This document shows, one piece after another, positions 1-13,411 of a stretch of 64,000 bases of DNA. The translations under genes were made by a program, and so were the position numbers. The stretch is from Spironucleus salmonicida. Its lineage: Eukaryota. The DNA is taken from contig NC_090598.1 of assembly GCF_000497125.1 (NCBI RefSeq), positions 1,550,001 to 1,614,000 of the forward strand. Reading direction: 5' to 3'. The notes beneath the pieces are model-generated. The model saw only the letters and a program-made list of their open reading frames with translations. It made no database searches and was not told where the DNA came from. The stretch's first letter is position 1, and each line of letters begins with the position of its first letter.

Positions 1-1
1 G

Positions 2-877
2 GACTCATTGTCAATTTTAATATTAGTTTTATCTTAGTGTAGTACCATTTAATATAAATATTCTAACGAAATTATCAATTCAGATTTACTCAATCTATTG
101 CATAGTAAATAAAATAATTTTCAGTTTGATGCATTGTAAGCATATTGCAAGTTGTTGTTTAATTTACTAAATGATTTTAAATAGATTGAGAATATTGCAT
201 TTTAATTTTTGCAGTAAAATTATGAAAATACAAGATTAGCAAGTCTGTATTCTTGGGCATTATATATTTTTTCTAAAAGTTATAGTTACGAGTACCATGA
301 AGGGTTATTCAAACTTATTTCTAAGTTTTTATAGAAAAATTCAATTCGATTTCAAATTTCATTTAGTTTAAGCATACCTAGATAAGATAAAGTTATTAGC
401 TTTATTTCATCTACTTTTATTAATATTGTTAAATAATACGGTGCTTAGATATTTAGTATATATTAATTATTACCATTAATTTATAAATTTTTGTATTTTA
501 AGTAAATATAAGTGTAGACAATAGTACTTATCAGTAATATTGTAATAGAGTATGAAAAGTTAAATATACACGAGCTATAATAATATCTTTCGGAATTAAT
601 TTTAACAAGAAATTATGACTTAACTATTAATGCATTAAATTTAATTAAAGTATCATTAGAGTATGATATCCCAATTAATTTATTTGAATTCCTCTTTGAC
701 CAGCTAAATTTTATTACAAAAGAGGATTAATTAGATTGTATTTTAAGTATATTTGAGTATTCTAGCATCTAACTAAATAAATAATAAGTATAAGATACTG
801 TTTATAGTCTTAAAAAAAAATTTACAAGCTTATAAAATAAGATTGAAAAGTTCTATAAACAAAGCAAACAATAATGA
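2..877 (+). CDS. 3' part of a helical-repeat protein, possibly condensin CAP-G/Cnd3-like (5' end outside window)
   Basis: Code-6 frame ending TGA 875-877; DALQAYCKLLFNLL and EGLFKLISKF loosely resemble the Cnd3/Ycg1 C-terminal region. Confidence 0.4.
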
Positions 878-878
878 A

Positions 879-1568
879 TCAATTTTCTTCCACTTCATCA
901 TCACCAAACTACCCTCCGATCAAATTAGCTACCACTAATGCTGCGATTTTTCTGTCAGAATCTTAGCACGTTTTTAACATTCCTTATAACCCCTCAATAA
1001 GAATAAATGCATTGGCAAAATCTTCCATATTGTCATTTTCTTAATTTTTAAGATAAGACTAAACCTTTATTACTTCAAATTTAATAGTTTCATTTTAAAT
1101 TTATTGAATTAAATTATCAATATCCATTGCTTCATTTTATTCCTAATCTAATTTTATAACTGATTTCTTAAGATTCGAATTTTCTAATTTAGAAAAATAG
1201 GGCCAAGCAGTTTGCATAATAAGTTCTGCCAACTCATCAAAATCTAAAACATAATCAAATATATTATCATTGAAATCATAACAACCGTCTTCTCCACTCT
1301 TTACCAATGCAGCAACAAATTATAAAGATTCTGAGTCAGATATCTTAAAATCCTCTGTTGGTTTTTAAAGGAAAATACATGCCTAAAATTTCAATGCTTC
1401 TAATGAACTAGCTACTTAAAAATTTAAATTAGTTTCGAAGTATTTATTTTTAACAGTTATTGTTGACAAATTTGATTCAATATAATAATTTCCAAATTTA
1501 AACCCGCTAATTAGCTATTGAGTAAACTTTTACAATTCTTTACAACCAATAACTGCCACTTAATTCAT
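879..1568 (-). CDS. Adaptin-binding protein p34/Irc6-like (229 aa)
   Basis: Code-6 ORF ATG 1568 to TGA 879; ITVKNKYFET near the N-terminus, QTAWP, C-terminal EDFANAF...KIAALVV helix, as in AAGAB/Irc6. Confidence 0.55.
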
Positions 1569-1629
1569 TAATTAATAACTAATCTAATATAAATAATATT
1601 TATAAATATTATTTTTAATTATAGTAATA

Positions 1630-2421
1630 ATGCCATAATGTAAAAAAATTAGAATTATTAACTTCACTGCTTTTGATGATTTGCAATAAGTCCTTATTAG
1701 TTATAAAAATGACATTTAATAACATTAATTTGGTATATAATCAGATAATACACCGTTTTGTGATGTGCAGTTTTATTATTCAGGATAATTAAAGGCATTT
1801 GCCACTAGTTAACAGATATTTGATTTTTATCCTATAATTTTTAAAAATGAAGTGCTACCTTATAAATTATATCCACTATATACCACTTGTTAAATAAAAA
1901 GATTAGAGTTTAAGTTAGTTTTTCCCTCAATTACGTGCATAAGATAAGTATCAAAATCTGCTTATATAGTAGAACTTACAAACTGTGAAGACGCAAATAT
2001 TATAGCGTAAAATTCATTCGGAAAATTTAGGCCAGCCGATTTTATTTATACATATAAATTTGTAGATTCTTTTTCTTGGAATTCAATTATTCTAGAAAAG
2101 CGTGGATTATGTATTAAAGGTCTCACGTTTGATAGATTATATTAAGTATTAGGGTCTAGAAATATATCTGAAATTTATTTTTACAAGATAATATAAGATG
2201 GTGATTTGGATAATCTACAATAATGTCTACTAAATTCATACTAGAATATAAACGAAGTTGAAATTATTATATTAGATAATCCATTAAAAGAATTATTATA
2301 AAAAGAATAGATATAACTTGATAAAGATAAGATATTAAATTATGAAACGTTTAGTATAATTACTGGATTCAATAAAGAAATATGTCTATTTAATTTTTCA
2401 GATTTCACTATGTTATAATGA
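1630..2421 (+). CDS. Hypothetical protein (263 aa)
   Basis: Code-6 ORF ATG 1630 to TGA 2419-2421; 3' end overlaps the convergent helicase gene by 24 nt. Confidence 0.7.
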
Positions 2422-3462
2422 TAGTTTAGAATAAAAATCTTACAATATTGACATTTCTTCATCAGATTAACATATACCAACTACTTTTCCTTAACGTCCA
2501 AATCTACCAGAACGCCCAGATCTATGTTCAAAAGATTCTATCTCTTAAGGGATGTCATAATGAACCACTAATGTTACTTAGCGAACATCCATGCCTCTTC
2601 CAAACACATCAGTTGTCACTAATACACGAAATTCTCCATTATAAAACTATTACACAGTATTTGTTCTGATTTCCTAATTAATAGATGAATGTAAAGGTTA
2701 TGATTTAAATTTTTACTTTTATAAAAATGTAGATACAATATTGACTGCTTTTTTTGTATTACAAAAGACTATAGCCTAAACAAATAAAAATGATGATAAC
2801 ACAGATGAAACAATTGAATTTTTAATATCTTCTTATACCTATACATAATAATGATTATTATTTGCTTTCTAATTTAATTTGTTTTGAATAAATATTTTTT
2901 AATCAATTTTAAAGAGTTGGTTAATTAGATCTAAATTTTTGACTGAAAAAGTAGCTGAAAATAATCCAACCTATTTATCCTTACATAACTGACTAATTTA
3001 TTAAATTTAATCAAAATTCTCAGTTAACATTTAATCAACCTCATCAAAAATAACTACCTTAACTGTTTTTGGGTCAAAAATTTTATTAAATTTATCCAAA
3101 GTTGTACATATAAGCTAGTACTTACTTTTTCTAAAATTAAACAAGTCAACTTAAGATATTACTTATTGGCATTTTAAATCCGTTAATATTTAAGCTACCC
3201 TATAAGTTTAATTTGAAAGTTCCCGTGTAGGAGAAACTATAATTATTTATAAATTTGCAGAATTTATATTAATGGATAAATATCCACCAATAATAAAAGC
3301 TGCAGTTTTTCCAGTTCCTGGCGAAGCCTATACCAAAACCGATTTCTTCTCTCTCATGACAGGTATAGTATTTTATTATGGTATACTCGGTGTTTAATAA
3401 CCATATAGATAAGTATTTTTAGCAATAATATAAGGAAGCTCTTCAAAATTATTTAATGTCAT
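2398..3462 (-). CDS. DEAD-box RNA helicase, eIF4A-like (354 aa)
   Basis: Q motif GYQTPSIPQQ, motif I ASPGTGKT, motif II DEVD, motif III SAT, motif VI HRSGRSGRFG. Confidence 0.92.
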
Positions 3463-3510
3463 TAAAGCGAAAAATAAACAATATATATTACAATTAAATA
3501 TAATAAAATT

Positions 3511-4635
3511 TCACTTTTACTTGATAAGGTGCTTAATTTTGTTTAAGTGACTATGTATTTTTTATTTGTTTTTTATTTCTTCTAAAGCTTTATCCGCTAT
3601 CTTAGCCTCATATTGTTTCTTCTTCCAAATAAAAACAACTGAGATAAAAATAAAAAGTGCTAAACTTGTACCAAATATAAAAAGCTATAATAATAAACCA
3701 TATAGCTAACTCTAGTGGCGCAAACATAATCTAGGAAGTTCGTGAATTAAGTTGCTTTTCACTAATGGTTTTAATAGTAACCATGGAGTTTCTCTCCAAG
3801 AATTAATAGTATTAACAGGAACATACCAGCAATCATCGTTTATTTCAAAAACATCTAATGTTAACTCTAATACAAAATCTAAATAGATAGTTTCTATTGA
3901 TCTTTCAAATAACATATAAACTTTATATGTACATGCTGTATCGGAAGTACATTAAAAAAGAGTATTAAATTAAGATGATGTATTCTAAATAAGTTAAATT
4001 ATAGGTATACATAATGATTATCTCGAAGACTATTATGATTCATTTTCATCATCATGCTTTTTAGATCCTGAAAAATCTCTCTCTATACAAAATTTATCTG
4101 TTAGTAAAAGTTCTTATACTTTATCAAAATTTATAGTAATCGATGATTTTTTAGGAGAAGATTTCGCAGGAATGGTAAATTTAGTAGCAGAAATACCATT
4201 TTAATTTGTGTACGAAAAAGAATATTTTTAAGTAATTGATGAAATCGGTAAAGGTTCTGACGAACAACGATATAAATCATATCTTAAATCATGCCAATGC
4301 CAATATTCATCTAATGTAGCGGAAATTGTCTCTTGTTAGATTGGTGTAAAATAACTACGAAGATCAGTCTTAAAATCATTTACAAGTAATATCTATGGAA
4401 TGTAAACAGATTAATCTATTTTTTATACAAATATTTTTGAAGTAGAAACTGCTAAAAATAAGATAAAGATGAAAAATAATGACAAAAAAGTAATACTTTA
4501 TGAAAAAAACTATCCTACAATTGTATTCTATTTCGCCGTTAATACGGCATCATCTATTTATTTCTTTTCTGACTCTGTAAGAACCCTTGTCTATGCTGCT
4601 TAATCTGAATTTGTAATCTATTCTGTAGAAGACAT
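3511..4635 (-). CDS. Membrane protein with N- and C-terminal hydrophobic segments (374 aa)
   Basis: Code-6 ORF; hydrophobic stretches FLSLFFIFILFLAV and LALFIFISVVFIW followed by a basic tail; AAG-TGA stop. Confidence 0.75.
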
Positions 4636-4693
4636 TATAATTTATGATAAAATGTAGTTTACCTAAAATATCATATATTAATATAAAATAAAT

Positions 4694-7600
4694 TCACTCA
4701 TTAAACTCATTTTCATCTTATAACGGAAAGACCTCAAATTCATCCATTTTTAATATACCTAAAAGAAACAAGGAGTTAATAATAGGTTCGAATTAGTCGT
4801 ATGCATCAAGTTTAAAGTCAGTTACATATATTTCTAACTACGATTTAGTAAATTAATAAAATAATTTTGAATAAAAAAGTATAGTTAAATGTTCTATACC
4901 TTCTTCAAATAGTTTCTTCTCAAAAGTAAAAATAGTATTAGAAATTCTACCGAAGGAATCTTTAAAAGGAGATGGATAAACTAATAATGGATTTATTAGT
5001 ATATCTAAAGTTTATAAGCAGAAAAATCCTAGGCTTTATCCGCAATGACAAGATAAAGATAAATTATAATTAATATTTATACAAGTACTATGAAAATATT
5101 TTTTACAATGTAAGCACTAATATACATTTTATGATTCATTTATTTATATTTTACAATTTTAGCAAGTAACTCCTGTATTTAGAATTTTTAAATAATTAAA
5201 GGTGCTATTTTCAAAAAATTCTTAGAATCTAAATACTTTTTATTATTCAAAGGTGTATTAATACGGTACAGTAAGTAAATTTTTCAATTAATCCAACCGT
5301 GTTTAAATTTTTTATTAATTAATTTTACTAAAAATAACACTAGATAATTAATAGAGAATACCTATCTGTTATTTAATACATGTGCTAATATCATCATTAT
5401 CATTGTTATATATGTGAGTAAATTATTGCTAACAAAGAGGACAGTTAAGCAAAGTATTTTCCTAACTAAGTTGTATAATACAGCTCTTATGGAATAAATG
5501 TCCACATGAAAATATTTATCCTAAGTTATAATTAAAATAAACTGGCGCCTAATCTAACAGTTAACTATTTTCAGGTTCATGACAGATAGAACAGATAGGT
5601 GTTTAACATTACTATTAATGAGTATTTTATGATTGTAAATTAGATATGACTAAAATATTACCATTTTGGGTACTAATTAAATTGTTCTTAAAATTTTAAT
5701 ATCTATCAAATATATTAATTTTTTTAATAACTTTTGTTTCAGCCTATATAGTTTGTAAAAATAAATACTAATTTAGAAAAAGTGTCTAATTCTTAATACT
5801 AATATCTTATGAACTAAGTAATCTGTAAATACAAATTTAAATAGTAAATGAGGATTCATTCTACAAATTTTCCTATAAAAAATTAATTACTTTTTATTCA
5901 TAAAGAAACTATAATTTTGAATTAATCTTTTAACCAAAGCTTGGCAAATTAATGGTCTATTGATTACTGATTCTTTATTCTATAAATTAATCAAAATGAC
6001 TCCATTACAAAGACAGTTCAATGTATTAGTCTGATGTAAGAGTTGCTATATCTGACTTTAGTAATTACTTAGAAAATGTATTTAATTCTTTATATATCTG
6101 TAAAGCTTTAGATGGGTATAGTTATGTAGCGTTTAAAAATTGTTCAAATTCATATTCATCTAGCTTGAGATTATTTTTGGTGTTAATCATATATTAATAA
6201 AAATTTTATTCATTAATATTAGGCTGAAATGCTATGATATGTAAATACTAAATTAATATACTGATGTTTTAAAAGAATATTGATAAAAATGCGTATGGAT
6301 CAGAATGAAAATTTAGTAATTATTAAACTACGAATACTTGTTCAAAAATAATAATGTTGATTTAAATAATATTTTCTTATTATGTAACTATATCCTATAA
6401 TTCCAATAAGTTTTGCTTTTCACATTCCCCTGCATAAATTCTAAGCCTTTAACAGTGGTAATTAACAATATCATATAATAATAATTCCACTAGTTAATCA
6501 ACAGAATATTATATTTCCCATCTTTGTATTAGCGCATTTAAACTAATATTAGAAAAATAACATATTTATGCTACTATAAAAGAAACTAAATAATTTCCCA
6601 CTAATTAAAATTAGTGCAAATCAGTTATTTTTAAAAATTGTAAATTAATTAATGGTAATACGGCATCTTTAAATTTATCAATGTCAAAGTTTTAATCACA
6701 TTATTTCTAAAAATTATTTAATAGTAAGTCATCTAAAGATAAAGTATCTTTTAAGTAAACACGATTGATGTATCTAGATAATTAAAAAATAATTAGAATG
6801 TACGCATTTGAAAAATTATACCAATTATTGATAAAAATATTACTATTATCATACTTATTTGTTAATGATAGGCTGAACTTCTAGCCTAAGAGTTTATGCA
6901 ATCTAGTCAATATTTCTAAAAACTTAATTTGTCCATTAACTAAAGAATAATCCGACTAAATTCTTTAAAAAAATGAAAACAATTAAAAGCCATCAAACTA
7001 TTATAAGATAAACTTAGCTAAGTCCTCTTGGTTTAAATTAATACTAATACAATCATAAATACATTAAAGTATAGATATTAATGAATCTTAATCTTTTGCA
7101 TTGTATAGTGCTCTAGGTTCATTCAAAACTTATATCATAGCCTCAAATACAGCTTCATTTTTGCAGTCTATTAACATATCAGTTTAATATTTAATAATTT
7201 ACATTGTATGAACTCTAAAATGGTAACTATTTAATAATATTCCGCCGTAAATTTTCTTTTCTTCATCTGTAATAAGTTATTTTTTCATAAATTAGTAATA
7301 ATATGATAATGAAGCTTCGTCTTATGATATATTATAATCTATATTACCCATTACATACATATTATAAATATCTTTAATTGTAATATTACATGCGTTAAAA
7401 ATAACTACTATAGCCAATCCATCAAATAAAAACTAATTTTCAGGTATTTCAAAAATAAGTGTGTTATTAGTAAGCTTTTCAATTAAATCATAAGAGTGAA
7501 TAATAATTTAATAGAACTATTCATATGATAATTGAATATCTTTTTATTTTGAATGCTTTTAACAAAATCCAGATGATGAAATTGCGGTATCATCTCCACA

Positions 7601-7843
7601 ATCACATTATCCAATACTAGAGTTTTTACTATACCAATAATGATTATTATGATTTGAATCGAAAAAGCATTATCCACAATAAACTGATGTCGTATCATTT
7701 GAGCATGTATGACATGTGAAAGCAATATTATTCTATTAAATAGAATTAGAACAAGTTTTTAAAGGAAATTTTGGCAATAGATTTATAAACTGAATTAGTT
7801 ATTTATGTCGTATTGACTAATTAATAGAAAAATGAGCAAGCAT
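4694..7843 (-). CDS. UBR1: UBR1-type N-recognin E3 ubiquitin ligase (about 1049 aa)
   Basis: N-terminal UBR box (FTCHTCSNDTTSVYCGQCFFDSNHNNH...GQCDCGD...GFCQKH); C-terminal Cys-rich domain ending GFFCL...VYPSPFKDSFG; start and stop in frame. Confidence 0.85.
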
Positions 7844-7905
7844 TCTTGAGGAGTGAAAAATTCTTATATAATAATATTTTAAAATATTTATATATAGGTT
7901 GTTAA

Positions 7906-8341
7906 TCATTTCTTGGTCATCTGGAGCTTAGCTTTCTCTTGTCCGCGCTTAGTAGCAAGTTTGTTCTTGAAATTCTTGAGCATCTTACGAGAAACGGGCT
8001 TCTTCTTTTCAATGAGACCACTACGGACAAGTCTGTGCTTAGGCTCAAATTTCTTGGCAGCATCAGCAGATTCGTAAACGTTAACGTGGGTCTTGGTAAA
8101 ACTACCACCAAAAGAAGTGTGAGTATCTTTTAATATAATGGTAGAGATATCCTTAACCTTTAACTTGTCAGCAACAATGGCTTTAAGGGCCTTGCTATCA
8201 GGGCAAGCTTTTCCAGTATGGAAAACTTTAACCATCTAGTTTGTTAGTATAAGTTATTTTTTAATTGTTAAAACATACTATTTATTGGCGCTTGAGAATA
8301 GGGTTGTTGATAGGAGTAGAGAATACCACGGAGCCGGACAT
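7906..8341 (-). CDS. RPS24: 40S ribosomal protein S24 (eS24); exons 8341-8279 and 8235-7906; 130 aa
   Basis: Spliced product MSGSVVFSTPINNPILKRQQI|MVKVFHTG...TSFGGS...KKFEPKHRLVRSGL aligns to eS24 without gaps. Confidence 0.96.
8236..8278 (-). other. 43-nt phase-0 spliceosomal intron in RPS24
   Basis: GTATGT 5' splice site and fused branch point/3' site ACTAACAAACTAG; removal restores the eS24 frame. Confidence 0.95.
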
Positions 8342-8421
8342 TCACGAGGAGTGGAAATAATTATTTTTATTCAAATTGTTAATTTAATTTATTATTTAAC
8401 TAATCATAGAATGTATAATTT

Positions 8422-9819
8422 ATGGAGCCGAAGTTGCTATCATATAAACCATTAACCTAAACAATTTTACATTCTGATACAGAAATGAATTCACTTAAAT
8501 AATAGCTTAAAAAGTAAATACAGTAATTTGAAGAATTTTAAAAAGAGAAAGATATTATGGAATAGTCATTTAAATAAAAAGAATTACTGCTATAAAGCCA
8601 ATTTGAAAGCTAACAATAGTTATAATAATTCTCTAATAATTCACTCAAATTATCAAACTTTATGCTCAAGGCAATTTAGATTTCTTAAAAATAGATATAT
8701 GATCTGTAAACAGATTTAAATTTAGCAAAGTAATAGATTTCATCATACTATCAGAAAGAGCGTTAAACAATGCTTTTTATCGCATAATTTAATCCAAGTA
8801 TTATGGTTAAAAAAATACCTTATAAAAGTAGACTATAATCTGTTAAATTTGTTTTGATATTCTCAGTAAGAATTAAAAGACTAGGAAAGCTATTCAAAAA
8901 TGTTACAATAAATAAATTAATATTGCCAGGTGCTAATCCAGATAAAGATCTTATTTAATTTAATGATTTTTTGAAAGTTAATTACATTGATAATATTTCT
9001 GCATTAAACAACATCATTATTACTCAAAAATAGCCTATATCTATTTACCTTAATTTCTAAAATGATAAAATATATATTTCTTTGTGTGAAATTTTAAATA
9101 AAATTAATTCTGAAAACTCAATTTTAAAGTCATAAACATCTGAATACCAATCATAAATTTAAATATTATAGGATAAGCTTCAGTAACTCCTTCTTGAGAA
9201 TAACACATTAAAAATATAACTCAATGGCAAAAATAGTGTCGTAGAAATAAATTCATTAAAATAATTGGCAATTGAAAACTAGTTACTTCTGTAAAAATAT
9301 GAATAAGAAAAACAAAGTAGAATTAAACTTTAAATAGAAAATTAAGAATTAGAAAAAGAAAATTAAGAATTTAAAGATGCTTTAGGTGGCATGTAAACCT
9401 ATATTATTGAAAATAGTCAGAAATCAGTAAAGATTTCAGAGTTGTTGGACGAAATAAATAATCTAAAGTCAAAATTTGATGTTAAAAACGATTTTAATTT
9501 ATTACCAAATAATTAATATCATAAAAATTAAGAGTAATAGCATCTTCATGAAATGTAGTTAAAAACAGGGTAAAAATTATTCAATAATAATTCGTCATCA
9601 ATAAATAAAATTCGTAGTATTGAAGATTTTAACTTAGATTAATAAGAACATTAATAATAAAATGAAGATTTATTGATTTAAAATATGTATTCGAAGTATA
9701 TTACTAATAATAATATGGCTAAAGGAATTTCAGCCAGAGTTAATCAACTTGAAGAAAGAGTTAAGCTTGTCAAAGACGCCCGATTAGGGGCAAAAATTTA
9801 AGATTTATTAGACTTCTGA
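8422..9819 (+). CDS. Coiled-coil protein (465 aa)
   Basis: Code-6 ORF, Q/E/K/L-rich heptads, TGA 9817-9819. Confidence 0.8.
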
Positions 9820-10343
9820 ATTAACTTATTTAACTTATTTAATATTTTTAAACTTAAAAACTTATAGTTTTCGATATATGTACCAATCTTCTTTACTACA
9901 TAGTATCGAAAATGTAATTCATACATGATATACAAAATATACAGTTATACACAGTATTATTATATAAACCAGAATGTATCAACTTAAAAAATCGACAAAT
10001 CTTTAAAGTAATAACCAATTACTCTATGATTATATATAACTAGTGTGTAGCTAGTGTCGTTATAAACTATTGATTTCTAAAATTTACATAAATAACTCTC
10101 ATTGTTTCAAATATTAAAATACGTTTTGTTATGATTTTTTAGACATAACTACTATTTATAATTTTAGTATAACTATATATTTCTCTATATTAATTTAATA
10201 TATTGATTAATTTTAGTGAAATATTATTTATGCCCATCTAAGTTTAACATATAATTAACTAGATTATGTTCACTGTGATTCCTTTCATTCAGATAATAAA
10301 TATTTTACTATCTTTTAATCATAATTAATATAATACTTATAAA

Positions 10344-10553
10344 ATGAGAATAATTTATATTGAAGACTATTGCGTTCATTGTGGAGCTTGCGTAAGAGCT
10401 TGTGAACCAGGTGCTATTGAATAAGATCCAATTACGAAATAAGTAAAGTTTGATAAAAAATATCTGTGTGTCAATTGTTGTTAATGCATTTATGCATGCC
10501 GGTTTAACTCTATGAAAATAGGTGATGCCTATGAGTTGCAGACAGATATATGA
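10344..10553 (+). CDS. 2[4Fe-4S] ferredoxin (69 aa)
   Basis: CVHCGACVRACEPGAI and CVNCCQCIYAC motifs. Confidence 0.93.
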
Positions 10554-10588
10554 AAATTTTATGAATAAATTTCTTTTACCACTTTAAA

Positions 10589-10906
10589 ATGCTCTTTTGC
10601 CCTACATGTTCATCAGTTTTACTAATAGATAAAGCAACCTCTACAAAGTTTGCATGCCCGCGATGCCCTTATATTTATTATGTGGATGGTTAGGCAACAT
10701 TATAACTTTAAAATGAACCTTTACCAGTAAATCCAGTAATTACTGGAGAATAATTATAAGATGGAGCAAAAGTTAAAGAAGAGTGTCCTAACTGTAATCA
10801 TGACATGGCATATTGTATTATGTTTTAAACTCGCAGTTCAGATGAACCGATGACAAGATTTTTCATGTGTTGCGATTGCAAAAATAGATGGAAAAATGAT
10901 TAATGA
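10589..10906 (+). CDS. RPC11: RNA polymerase III subunit C11 (105 aa)
   Basis: MLFCPTC...CPRCPY zinc ribbon and TFIIS-like CPNC...QTRSSDEPMTRFFMCCDCKNRW. Confidence 0.9.
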
Positions 10907-10980
10907 ATATTATATAAATTATTAAATATCATTAACATATAACTTTTTATTTATATAATATATCATCTGTAAATTTTAAA

Positions 10981-13374
10981 ATGCCTAAACGAATCCTATC
11001 AAAAAAGATTGAACCAGCAGGTCTAGATGTTGATTTAGAAAAACGTATTTTATTGGTTAAATTCAAATAAACTATTAATTATTAATTAGATGATAATACA
11101 ACAGAAGAAGATGCATCTTTTGGTGTCAAGTAAGTACCGCTAAATTTATTTAAAGAGGAAGATATTGATGAACTTGCCAGCGAGCTTATTAAGGTGAGTC
11201 CATTAATTGACCCATCTAAAAAGACTATGTTAAAAAAGTGTTTAAAATCATTATGTAATAATACATAATTAAATTCAATAGGCGATGCAAATATCAAGGA
11301 TTTGGATAAATATATAGAAGGTTTATATGATGACCTACCTGTTAAATTAGATGTTACTAATAAAATTGCTTAACTAACACAGGATGAAAAAAATTTATAA
11401 AAGATTGCAAAAAACGACGTTTTATTATCTGCATTAGCGAGAACTTTAAGAGAAGATGGTATGAAAAATATTGGTCTTGGAACAAATATTACTTAAACAT
11501 TTTTCGCATTATCTTTCTATGAAAGCTTCGGGTAAATATTATTAACCCATAAAGCCCCAGATTCATTGATTAAAATGATTGATTAGGAAAATAAAAGATA
11601 TTCAGTTATTTATAAGGAGCTATCTGATGCCAAGAAATCACTTGGTGATGATCCTAAAAAGAAATCTGTTTATATTACAGAATATGAAAAATTTAAAATA
11701 CTTATAACAACATAAGATAGATTATTATTTGTCGCACTTTCTACATTGATTAATCTTATTGAAACTGCTTCTAGTAAATCTGGATCAATGTAATTTTTTA
11801 TGGGTGTTAATAAACTTGTACCAATGCTCGCATCCGTTATTAAAAGAAAGCCAATTAATGCTTAATTAGTAAATATAGTTGTTAATTTTTTAAAAATGGT
11901 TTCTCTTATGGATCATGGACCAGATCTTATTAAGAAAGCAAGTATTCTTTAGATTTTAATCAAATTAGTATAAGATGATAAAACTAACTCAGTTGAACCT
12001 GTGATCAAACTACTATACAATCTTACTTTTGACCCAGCACTTTTAACTGAAATGGCTAGTTTAGGCTTAGGCTCTGCTATTATCTAATAAATTTCTAATA
12101 CTAAATAGTAAATTCTTGATAAATTTACATAAGACTATGATTAAAAGGATTCAGAAACCACCAAAATTGAAAAAATTGCTAAAAATCATTAAAATCATAA
12201 TGAAGATTAAGATATGTAAAACTTTTAGTAGACATCCGAGCTTTATTCTAAAATAATTTATTAACTATTTGATGATAAAAACTCTGTGGATTAACTAAAT
12301 CTTACAGATGTAGCTCTTGAATTAACCTCTTTAACATGCCTATTAAAAACTCCTCCATCTAATCTTGTTGCAACTTTAATAACCTTGACTTAACAAACAA
12401 AAATTGCTTCCAAAATTGCGCAATCTAACCTTTTAAATGCTCTTTCAGCCTAATTTGCAGCTACAAAGTAAGAAAACATCGCAAAAATATTTTCTAATGC
12501 TACAGCCTCAATTTCTTCGGAATCCAAGAAAGCAGATGCTGTTTTTGAATCAGTGAACCAAATTGCTGAAATCGCGCTAGAAACAAACAATGAAGCACTG
12601 CAAGACGAAGCACTGGCTATGATGGCAAATGTACCTGCAAAATCGATTAAGAAATCGTAGGCTCAGCAGTTAACTAAATTAGCAATATTAAAATTAGAGC
12701 AAAATAGCTCTATTTAAGCAAAAATTAACGCTGTTTCTGTTATTGATAATTTGATGAAAAAATAGTCTCATTTGTAGTAAATTTCAGATGAAGGAAACCT
12801 CAAGTAGCTGCCAGATTTAATGATCAAAAACTTGATATTCAGCTAAAATGCAAGGGGGCAAAGCGTATTTGAAGCGAATATCAGTTAGTTTGGCCTTGAG
12901 TTTGAAATGATGGAGTATGACTACGCAATTAGTAGTTTATTATGCATTTTACGTGGGTGTACATATAAAGCGCTGAGGACAAAATATGTAAAGAAAGAAA
13001 ACTTTTTAGAGCTCCTGGTTCGATTTTTGTATAATGTGAAACGGGGTTATACTGAAGAAAGTACATCTGAGGTTAGTGAAAAAACTGCAAGCAGAGTTGG
13101 TTCTGAAAACTCCACACCATTTGACAAAATGGGAAGCGTTAAAAAAACTATTCCTCCAAAACATATCCCATCTTCTGGAAAGAAGAAGTCTTAACTTATA
13201 ATTTAAAGCAAACTTAGTAGTCCCGAAGAGCGCGCGGCACATATTTTAGAGATTTTAGCTGATTTATGCTTGGATATCATTATGTATACCGAAGAAAAAT
13301 ACACGGAAAAAATTAAAATGTTGAAGTGGTAAAGGTATAATTGGTAGTTTTTCAAGTAAAAACTTTACAAGTGA
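10981..13374 (+). CDS. KAP3: Kinesin-associated protein 3 (kinesin-II accessory subunit, ARM repeats; 797 aa)
   Basis: ANIKDLDKYIEGLYDD and LLSALARTLRED...LGTNI match KAP3; AAG-TGA stop. Confidence 0.88.
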
Positions 13375-13411
13375 GAGAATTTACGAGGCTTTACGAACTA
13401 TAAGAAAAATA

